DNA from: Rhynchopus sp. YZ270_cl-10 | Taxonomy: Eukaryota | Assembly: GCA_964035575.1 (NCBI GenBank) | Contig: OZ037845.1 | Span: 1,612,001-1,676,000 of the forward strand | Length of the DNA: 64,000 nt | Direction of reading: 5' to 3' | Part shown: in pieces, positions 23,076 to 32,187 of the stretch | How the letters are laid out: each line of letters opens with the position of its first letter | How positions within the stretch are numbered: the first letter of the stretch is position 1 | Translations under genes and position numbers: made by a program | The notes under the pieces: model-generated | What the model saw: only the letters and a program-made list of their open reading frames with translations | Databases searched by the model: none | Told to the model about the DNA's origin: nothing

Positions 23076-24660
23076 ACACACCTCAAAACCTCACATTGTA
23101 ATGCAGCATGAGTGGGCGGGTCTACCTGGAATGGTGTAGTAGGCCCCCCTATAATGCAGGAGAAGGGGAGAGACTTTTGTGTTGTCTTAAAAAGTGAGTT
23201 TTTTCTCCTGGTTGGGTGAGTGTTGCAGAAGGGGTGTATGTGGTGCGTTGCCTAATTGGTTGTATCTTCATCTTGACATGCTTCTGTGCACGGAGGTGGT
23301 GCGCGATACGTGAATTTCAATAATTTCTGATTTTTTTTCATTTTTGGGTGGACCAAGGCCACTACGGGATGGCATTGTAGGGTGGTCTCACCTATCTTGT
23401 CTTTTGCATTGCGCTGGCAAAAAGCAGACTGCTGAGGATACGTATCGAGGTGCGAAGTCTGTTCTGCAGTAATAGCCTTACGTTCGTTAGGTGGTGTAGA
23501 GAAGTGAGAGAGAGAGCTGAGAGATATATTCACCAAATTCTCGATCTTTTTGTGTCTTTTTTTTATGTAACATTGCAACAAAAAAAAAGGAGCATTTTTT
23601 TTTTTTTGTGTGATTTAGTAATACGATACGTCTTAGGCAAGAAATGCGTTTGGTTAAAAAGAGCGCATTTTTTGCCTTCATTTTTTGTATCGTTTTTTTG
23701 TGTCGTGTGTTGCGTTATGGAGAACGAGAAAGAAAATGGCTATAAATGCTTTTGGGGAGGGCTTATCTTAACTTATCTTTTTTTTATTTCGATTTTTTTG
23801 CGTTTTATTTTTGTTTTTCGCTATTGCCTTTTTTAGCACATAGCCCCTTTTCTCTCCCCCACGTATTGCCCATATATTATTTTCCCCCCAGAAGTGTGAA
23901 CCAGGCTTATTAGTTTGCCTGAATATTTTACTGGAAAAAAAAATAATTCTCCTCTTCTTTTGAGCTGACTAAGCAGAGTGTAGCTTAGAGTTCATTAGTA
24001 CCAACTTTTCTTTTTTTCTTTTTTTTTTGCTGAAACCGAAATAATCCAAAACCCCCGTGGAAAAAATAAAGTAAACCTCCTCGGATAAAAATAATTTTTA
24101 TCCTCCCCCTCCTCCTCCTCCCCCCCCCCACCATCCCCAGTTACTCACAGCAGACAGCAGCAGTATTAAAGTAGGTAAAAGCTCTTGATCGGGAGAAAAA
24201 AAAAGGCGGGAAATTTCTCTTTTTGTTCTTCTTTATTTTCTTTTCTTTTTGTGTGTGTGTGTGTTTTCATAGGTGACTAAGCATGTGAAGCTCGAGATCA
24301 TCTTACAAAAACTGTTCTTAACATTTTTGTTGATTTTTTTAAAGCAAAATGGTATCCAAATTGTATTGCTCCCAATGTTTTTCATGGGGTAAAAGATGAT
24401 TACTGTTAGCTCTTTGAAAGACAGATGGGATTGTCCATCAGCTCTCCTTTTTGATTTAAAAAAAAAAACATTGAAAAGCACGTTGTGGGGTCACGCTGAT
24501 TGATTTGTGTATTATTTTCCTTCCGGCTGATCACTGAGGAAGCATTACGCTTGGCAACCTATCTTTTCAACAACACAAAAAAAAAGGAGAGAGCATCACA
24601 GAGGCCGACATTGTTGAGTGAGAGGAATCTACCTCTCTGTGGGCAATTTTTGATACAGTG

Positions 24661-24832
24661 CAAGGTACAAGGTACAAGGTACAAGGTACAAGGTACAAGG
24701 TACAAGGTACAAGGTACAAGGTACAAGGTACAAGGTACAAGGTACAAGGTACAAGGTACAAGGTACAAGGTACAAGGTACAAGGTACAAGGTACAAGGTA
24801 CAAGGTACAAGGTACAAGGTACAAGGTACAAG
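24661..24832. repeat. Perfect (GTACAAG)n microsatellite, ~24 copies
   Basis: Read directly from the sequence. Confidence 0.97.
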
Positions 24833-24910
24833 CACCATGATTGGAGTTTTATGTTGTGTTTTTATTATTATTTTGTGTTTTTATGTACTGAGCTTTACTG
24901 TTCATCTTTA

Positions 24911-25396
24911 CTGGGGGGGGCCGAATAGTAGACCCCGGGTCCACTATTAGGCGAACCGACGGGTATAAATCGGGGGTCTCAGAAAAAAAAATTTTTTTTT
25001 CCAAGTTGAATAGTAGACCCCCCCTAAATAGTAGACCCCCCCAAAAATTTTTTTCTGTATTTTTACTAAACCCCTCCTGTCGATGAGGCTGATAGGGTGT
25101 GTCAAAATATACTGATTTTTGCTTCTTTGGAAAGATTTGTCACAAAATCTATCCAAAGAAAGAAAAATCAATTTGAAATTTGTAGTTGATCCCCTCTAAA
25201 ATTTTTCCGTGACTTCCGCAAAAAGTCAAAAAAAACGAAAACCTGGGGGGGGTCCACTATTCAACGGAAAAAAAAAAAATTCCCCGGAATTTCTCAGGGG
25301 GGGTCCACTATTCAAAGGAAAAAAAATTTAAAAAAACCCAGAATTCCCAGGGGGGGTCTACTATTCAGGGGGGGTCCACTATTCGCCCCCCCCCAG
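24911..25396. mobile_element. MITE with TA TSD (Tc1/mariner-like)
   Basis: ta|ctggggggggccgaatagtagacccc ... ggggtccactattcgcccccccccag|ta, with multiple subterminal aatagtagacccc motifs. Confidence 0.8.
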
Positions 25397-25624
25397 TAAA
25401 AAAAAAGACCAAAAAAAAAATTTTTTTTGCTTACACGCAGTGTTATTAGAAACTGAACTTGATTAGCCAACGGTAAATTTGTCCTCACGCCTTTTCCTTT
25501 TGAATCATTCCCCTCCCCCAATCAATTATCATGTGCGCCACCCAGGGTAAGAGCCTAAATGGCTTCCTAAAATGGCTGCGGTCAACGAAAAATATTTTTC
25601 GACTACAGCTTCCAAAGCTACACT

Positions 25625-27526
25625 ATGGCACGAAGGGGGAGGACCCGTGTGCGAGGTGGCAGAGGATGCGGAGGTGGACGGATTGTTCGATCCGTTCCGT
25701 TCGTCGCGGGCAACGTTGGGCTCTCGCAGACGAACCCGCCAGTACAGGGTAGCCTAAGACCCTGTGTGTGGGTGCGACGCTGGCGACGAGCGCGAGCGCC
25801 CCCACTTCGCCCTGCTTTCCCGACGGTGATGGGGCCGCCGAAGTACGCGCCGCCTCCGCCGCCGCTTCCAAGACGCGAGCTGATGGACGACGGACCGGAC
25901 ATTGCTATCCTGTACGGAACTGAGGCAACTGTCGTGCTGGACCGCCGGTTTGTGTCTGCGCCTGCGGAACGGGCTGAAGGGGAGTTGGCGAACATTTCGC
26001 GTGCGAGGCTGGATCTTGATGCGCTCATGGCCATGGATACGAAGGGATTGCTCACCGGTATCCTTGATGTCATCAGGTCTCGTGAAGCCTTCACGGCGAA
26101 CCTTACCGATGAGGGTAGGAAAGTCCTGGATTCCTCTGTTCCTCTCAGGAGGGGAACCTCCAGGCACATGCTGCGCCACTGGGGAAACCTGCTGCAGTGG
26201 GGTGTGATGTCTCGGTCCAAGGTGCAGAAGGTGGTGCTTCCCGCCTTCACCGTCCCTAAGAAGGTGCATGGACTGAGGCTTGTGTGCGACGGCCGAAAGC
26301 TGAATCGCTTAATGCGTGCACCCCCGCCAATGCTGTTACCGTCTATACACCAGGTGGTACGGCGATTCATGGACAATGCGTACGTGGTGCAGGCAGACGG
26401 GCGGAGCTGGTTCTACCAGTTCCCGCTGGCGGATGGTGTGGACGACTTCTTCGGAGTGAACCTGTCAGGTGCACGTGGCCCCTTCGTGAGGGCAAAGCTC
26501 AACGTGCTCTGTATGGGCTGGAGTTGGGCGCCGTGCATCGCACACCGCTCGGCGATGGTGTTACTCCCGGAGGATGACGGACTCGCTTGGGTGGACAACT
26601 TCTTTGTCGTAGGCAAAACTCTCCCTGAGGCGGAGAAGCGTTACTCTTCGTTCCTCCGACGAGCAGAGCGAGTGGGCGCCGAACTGAATGACGATGAAGG
26701 AGAGGGTGTGCCCCGTGCAAACTTCTGTGCGTTGGGCCTGGAGTTCGATCTGGCGAGCTCCCCGAGACGGTACCGTGCTGCCCCTGATTGGATTGAGAAG
26801 TGTGTGGATTCTCCCGTACTGAATGAGGTGTTGAAAAACTCATGTACTGCGAGGGACTTTTATAAAGTGTTGGGTGGGTTTGTGTGGTTTTTGTACTGCA
26901 CTAAACGCAGACTTTGTTATTTCCGTGTTTCTCTTTCTTTTTTGCGGCGCACTGCGTCTGTTCTTGCAATTGACCCACAGAAGTGGGATGTTAAACTAGA
27001 AATCCCCCCATCTGTTATATCTGAATTCGCAGGCATCGTGTCTGTGATGAGGAGCAACGACTGGATTGAGGACCAGCCAGAGAGGCCCACCGTGGTAGCG
27101 TGGTCAGACGCTTCCGACCGCGAGTGGGCTGCTTTAATAGAGTCTGAGGTCTTTGAACCGGTCACTCAGGGTGTGTTTTCAAACCCTGAGCAACATCATA
27201 TTTATCTAAAAGAGCTATACGCTGCTTGGCGTGCCGTTAGGCTGGCGGCCGCTGAGAACACAGACCATGAAGTGTCCCTTCAGGTCGATAACGCTGCTGC
27301 TGTGGCGGCGATAAACAAAGGACACAGTAAGAATTTTTTGGCTAATGAGCTGCTGTGTGCCATTTTTGACACTGCAAAGGCTGCCAACATGAGTGTGTCT
27401 GCCTCGTGGGTGGACACCTTAAGTCAGCGGGCTGATGAGTTTACTCGCGGAACAGTGGCCCCCTCGTTGGCATCACTTCCTCCAGTACTCACGGAGTACG
27501 AAAGAGTAGAAGCTATGTTTTGTTAA
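25625..27526 (+). CDS. Reverse transcriptase-RNase H, YR-retrotransposon (DIRS-like) type
   Basis: RT motifs FTVPKK..GLRLVCDGRKLN, ADGRSWFYQFPL, LCMGWSWAP, WVDN, ALGLEFD. RNase H motifs WSDAS, HIYLKEL, VDN, QRADEFTR. Intact 633-aa ORF. Confidence 0.92.
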   Translation: MARRGRTRVRGGRGCGGGRIVRSVPFVAGNVGLSQTNPPVQGSLRPCVWVRRWRRARAPPLRPAFPTVMGPPKYAPPPPPLPRRELMDDGPDIAILYGTEATVVLDRRFVSAPAERAEGELANISRARLDLDALMAMDTKGLLTGILDVIRSREAFTANLTDEGRKVLDSSVPLRRGTSRHMLRHWGNLLQWGVMSRSKVQKVVLPAFTVPKKVHGLRLVCDGRKLNRLMRAPPPMLLPSIHQVVRRFMDNAYVVQADGRSWFYQFPLADGVDDFFGVNLSGARGPFVRAKLNVLCMGWSWAPCIAHRSAMVLLPEDDGLAWVDNFFVVGKTLPEAEKRYSSFLRRAERVGAELNDDEGEGVPRANFCALGLEFDLASSPRRYRAAPDWIEKCVDSPVLNEVLKNSCTARDFYKVLGGFVWFLYCTKRRLCYFRVSLSFLRRTASVLAIDPQKWDVKLEIPPSVISEFAGIVSVMRSNDWIEDQPERPTVVAWSDASDREWAALIESEVFEPVTQGVFSNPEQHHIYLKELYAAWRAVRLAAAENTDHEVSLQVDNAAAVAAINKGHSKNFLANELLCAIFDTAKAANMSVSASWVDTLSQRADEFTRGTVAPSLASLPPVLTEYERVEAMFC

Positions 27527-27539
27527 CTGAAATTTTTAT

Positions 27540-28400
27540 TATGATGTGTGCTGACTATGCTTGGCACTTCATATGCGCTTACGGCGCCCCTTATCCACTC
27601 CTCGTGACGGCGAATGGGTAAACTTTATTTGTAATTTTCATTTTTTGTCTTCTTTGTATTTTATTTTTATTTTTTATCATGTCTGTGCAGAGGCCGATCG
27701 CGTGTCCGTTATTGTCGTGTATTCAGTGATTTGGTTGCCTGTCTTATTGTATGTGCATATGCGCTTATTCGCAATGTCTGCATGGTTCTCTCCTGCAAAG
27801 TGTGGGTTATTCCAGTGGTCAAGGGCCACTGTGACATGGTCAAGGACCGTGTCTTTTGTACCAAGCTGGGTTGTTTTTCAAGTGTGCGCTGCTCGTAGAT
27901 GGACATGGTGTACCTCGCGGTCGAGGATACTATACGGTACCGTAGTGCCCGCTGTCTTGGTGATGGCGCGTGCAAGAAATGTTTATCTTTATGATGTGTG
28001 CTGACTATGCTTGGCACTTCATATGCGCTCACGGCGTCCCCTTATCCAGTGTCCTGTCCTCGTGATAGCGAATGGATATAAACCTTTTATTTTATTTTAT
28101 TTTTTTGTATGATGTGTGCTGACTATGTTTGGTACTTCATATGCGCTCACAGCGCCCTTTATCCAGTGTCCACGTGATACCGAATGGATGCAAACTTTTT
28201 TATTTTTGTTATGATGTGTGCTGACTATGCTTGGTACTTCATATGCGCTTACAGCGCCCTTATCCAGTGTCCACGTGATGCCGAATGGATACAACCCTTT
28301 TTATTTTTGTATGATGTGTGCTTGGCACTTCATATGCGCTTGCAGCGCCCCTTATCCAGTGTCCTGTCCTCGCGATAGCGAATGGATATAAACCTTTTTA
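27540..28400 (+). repeat. Array of five ~95-nt structured units separated by T-tracts
   Basis: Units start at ~27540, 27990, 28108, 28210 and 28310: tatgatgtgtgctgactatgcttggcacttcatatgcgcttacagcgccc(c)ttatcca...cgaatggata..aaac(c)tttt. A partial sixth starts at ~28408. Confidence 0.92.
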
Positions 28401-29049
28401 TTTTTTGGTGAGTGCTGACTTCTCAGTGCCCCATTCGCTTCGGCGTACCTGTCTCTACACTGCTCCCGAGGCGGCGGTAGAACAGTTTTGTTTTGATCAG
28501 TTGTTCGGTTTGTGCAGTTTTGATCAGTACTGGTTCTCCTCTCAATCGGTTTGGATGGACAGGGCCAGTGGGGTTTTTGTACCCATCTAGAGGGTTCTCG
28601 TGGCTGTGCGTTCCGCCCTCCCCCGCAGAAGCTGCGAGGTTGACGGCGGATGCCGTGTTTACAGGTTTCTCTCTTTTCCCACCTTCCCTCCCTTTTCTCC
28701 CCCTTAAACTCCATACTCTGCTACCTTTCCGCTACGCGGTCCCTTTGGGCTATGCTGCGGTCAACGAAAAAAGACTCAGTAGTAGATTAGTGAGGACAAA
28801 TCAAGTGGCAAAATGTTAGTTTAGTTTTTTTTGAGCATTTATTTTGAAATCGATGCTCTCTTTTTCTCTCCCTGTTGTGTACGCTATATGGCACATTCAT
28901 CTTTTTTAAAGTTTTCTTCTTCTTCTCATTTGTTTTCAAAGACATGCATGCTACCCTTAGTAGGGTCACATTCATTCTTTTCAGTGCTTATGCCTAGACA
29001 TTTGCACTATCCATTTATTTAGTTTTTCAAAGGTGACGGTCAACTGTTG

Positions 29050-29176
29050 CCACCTGATTTTTACTCCGCGTATAGGCGCGTAAAGGTGTGTATAGGGCCG
29101 TATAGGTCCGTAAAGGCATATACGGACCGTTCGTACACGCCTTTACGCGCCTATACGCGGGGTAAAAATCAGGTGG
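29050..29176. mobile_element. 127-bp palindromic MITE, 5-bp TSD tgttg
   Basis: ccacctgattttta...taaaaatcaggtgg near-complete fold-back. TSD at 29045-29049 and 29177-29181. Confidence 0.85.
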
Positions 29177-32060
29177 TGTTGGGTCATCTTCAATTTTCTT
29201 GTTTTATTTTGTCAGTTTTGTGTAATCCTTTTTTGCGACAGTAAGGCTAAAAGCCAAAAAGACACTACCAAGGTAGTGTGCTCTATTATGTGATGGAGTT
29301 CCTCCATTGTGAGTCCATTCACAGAAAAACGAAACAAAAAAAAAAAACGCATTGGGTAGCGAGTGACCCAGTATAATTCAATAGCTGTTCTTGCCAGTTT
29401 CTTTTTATTATTATTTGTTCTGTTCTTAAAATGGGACATTTTTTTTCTTTTTTCTTTGCGTGAATTTGCAACAAAACACAATGCGTGATTTCTGGTTTTG
29501 CACCTTTTTTTTTTTTTTTTTCTTTCTTCTTTTCTTCAAAGTAAAGATGTGCAATGAATACGTCTCCTCCCTGTGAGACGCATATTCATTTCACATTTCT
29601 TTTAGGATAGCTAAGCTACCTTCTGAGGCTTAGCTTCATCTCCATTTTATAATGCGACTAAGCACGAGAGGCTTAGGATCATCTTATAAACTTTTCCTTT
29701 ATTTTTTTTTTCCTCTTTTTTTCAGATGTGCACATGAGACTTCATCCTTAAAACACATAATTATTTTGCGTGATCAAGACAGGTAATGGGGTGGCGCCTG
29801 GTGGTTATTCCGGTGTAGAATGAAAAATAAAACCACCAGCCACTCCACAAGGTATCTCGTCTTATTTGTTGCACCTCAACAAAAAAAAACTACAAATCAC
29901 TATTTTCTGATAGTTCTGCGAGAAGGCGTTGACGACTTCGTTCCCCTTTTAGTTTCTAGATATTGGCTAAATACGGGAGGCTTGGGCTGGGTTCAAACGT
30001 GGTACGCGGCTTTTACGTAGTACATACGTAGTAGTTACATCGTATTGTGAAAACTTTTCTCTTGTGCTTTCATCCGGATGGCTGGCATCGTACGTGGGTC
30101 AGTCGGAGGTGCCTGCATTAATAACTTCACTTTCTCTTGTTTTCCCTTCTCTCCACCCATTTGTGCAAACAATTCTCGTGGAAGGGGGGGGCGAAGATGA
30201 GAGAGAGGGATCAGAGTCATCGCTGCTTTAAATTTTGCGCTCCAAAAATATTTAAAAACCAGATTTCAAAAAAAAAAAAAAAAAGGGAACTAATACAAAA
30301 ACCCACCTCAAAGTGGGTAATTTTCGAGAACGGGGCGATCTTTCAATTTATCTTATCAATTTTGTGTGTGTGTGTGTTTTTTTTTTTCTCTCTTTTTTTT
30401 TGGAGAAAAAAATCTTTCAGGGTGAGCACTACAAGGCTTTTGCTCATCTTCATCGCCAAAAAAAGATTTTTTTTTGGCAATAAATGTTTTTGTGGGCTTT
30501 TTATTTTATTATGAAAGTGTCCCACAATGTGTCCAGATATGCATAAATGCATCGTTTTTGTACCCAACATTACCCCACTCTCTTCCACCCCCTTTTTTTA
30601 CTGTGATTTCCTCTTATATGTTTTTTTTGTCCAAGGTACACCTTTTTTTCGTACCCTGTTAGTAAACACGTAGTATTTGACAAAATGCTCGAGACCCTCG
30701 TGAAGAGTGGAAGCGAACAACAAACAACCTTAAATTTTCCTCTTCCCCGTTTTCAGCCTTTTGAGCAACAAGCAAAGAGTAACGAGTCTCTCGAGCATTT
30801 TTTTTTTTGTATGGCAAATAGATAAAAATGACAGTGGAGAGTGCACAACTGTGGCAACACAACCGAGGCAACTACACTACTCCAACAATTTATCAAAAAA
30901 AACATGGAGATCACGCACAAGCAAGGTGACTACACGTTGTCAATTTATCAAAAACAAATGAAATGGCGATTATCTTGCTGTCTCTGTAGAGAGACGTGAA
31001 GAGAGGGACGATTTTTTTTTTGTTCTTTTTTAAAAAATATTTGAAATTGGATTTCCGATTGTTGTGCTTTTTTTTTTTTACATAGAGAATGTAGTGTGAG
31101 TTAACCTCTTCTCTCCCCCCCTGCCCCCCTTTAACCCCCCTGGTTCTCGGTCCAGAGCTCTTCCTGCTAGTTCTGTTGCTGTCTTTGCTGTGCAAACACT
31201 TTCCCCTCATTTTCCCCTCCCTTTTGAATACGTAAAAAAAACAAAACAAAACAAAAATAGTGGAATGGTGAACAACACCCCCCGGATGTGCGGCTACCAG
31301 AGACACACATTTTCCAGATGTAAACCACGAAATGGATTGTAGGACTGCATGGTTGGGTGTCCACCCCCCGGTACAGCCGGTCATTGTACCAAGGTACACT
31401 GTGTTCACGAGAGGGCTTCTGGATTTCAACTCTACTTTTTCCTCCAGATGTCATATGAGTGATATGAGTGAGTCACACCCCTCTGAGGTGAGCGTGGTCC
31501 GTCCTTTTCAGGAGTGTTTTTTTTTCTCTCTTCTTCTTCGGTACTTCAGGTTCTTTTTGTTTGCCTTTTTTTTTTAGGTGACTGAGCACTGTGGCTTAGG
31601 GTTGTCTTACAAACTTTATCAAAAAAAAAAAAAAAGACTACTCCGGGGTTCGGTAACCCTCGGAGCGTCAGTGCACTGCATTCCCTGTGCCTTGCACTAC
31701 CAACTTCACCCTTTTTCTTTTTGTTTCACATCTATTGCAAAGCTCTAACTCCTTCTATTTGCTTTAAAAAAAGGATCTTGAAGAAAAATCTGTGGCTGCT
31801 ATCCTGTAGTCGGAAAATCAAACAATTTTTTTTTTGTTTCTCATCAAACAGTTTTTCGCCGTGAATTTTGTTTCTGGGGTTCCATAACCCGCGGAGAACC
31901 AGTGCCCGCGTCTGCCGATGAACGGTGAGTCGTTTTCACTTTCAACTTTTCTTTGGTTTGACCCAATCTGATCTTCGCGTAGGACGGTGGGTAGCGTACC
32001 AACTAAACAAAAGACGAACGGGGTTTTTATTATTTTTGTTTTTTGTTTCTCTTTCATCAA

Positions 32061-32187
32061 CCACCTGATTTTTACCCCGGGTACAGGCGCATAAAGGCGT
32101 GTACAGACGGTCCGTATATGCCTTTACGGACCTATACGGCCCTATACACACCTTTACGCGCCTATACGCGGGGTAAAAATCAGGTAG
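32061..32187. mobile_element. Second copy (inverted) of the 127-bp palindromic MITE, 5-bp TSD atcaa
   Basis: Near reverse complement of 29050-29176. TSD at 32056-32060 and 32188-32192. Confidence 0.85.

Larger units (their letters stand above)
25575..28771 (+). mobile_element. Compact ~3.2-kb retroelement (DIRS/VIPER/TATE-type RT-RNase H only)
   Basis: 18-bp direct repeat gctgcggtcaacgaaaaa at 25575-25592 and 28754-28771 brackets the RT ORF and a structured 3' region. Confidence 0.7.

Noticed and set aside
27585..27625. Canonical HDV-like or hammerhead ribozyme in the array units
   Set aside because: UCCUCG and GCGAAUGG echo HDV, but the P1/P3/P1.1 order cannot be assembled, and there is no CUGAUGA...GAAA core. 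Kept only as something to test.
27540..28400. CRISPR array
   Set aside because: Units are ~95 nt with no unique equal-length spacers, there are no cas genes, and the context is eukaryotic.
27561..28819. Tyrosine recombinase or gag in short ORFs downstream of the RT
   Set aside because: The ORFs run through repeats and T-tracts and show no R-H-R-Y motifs.
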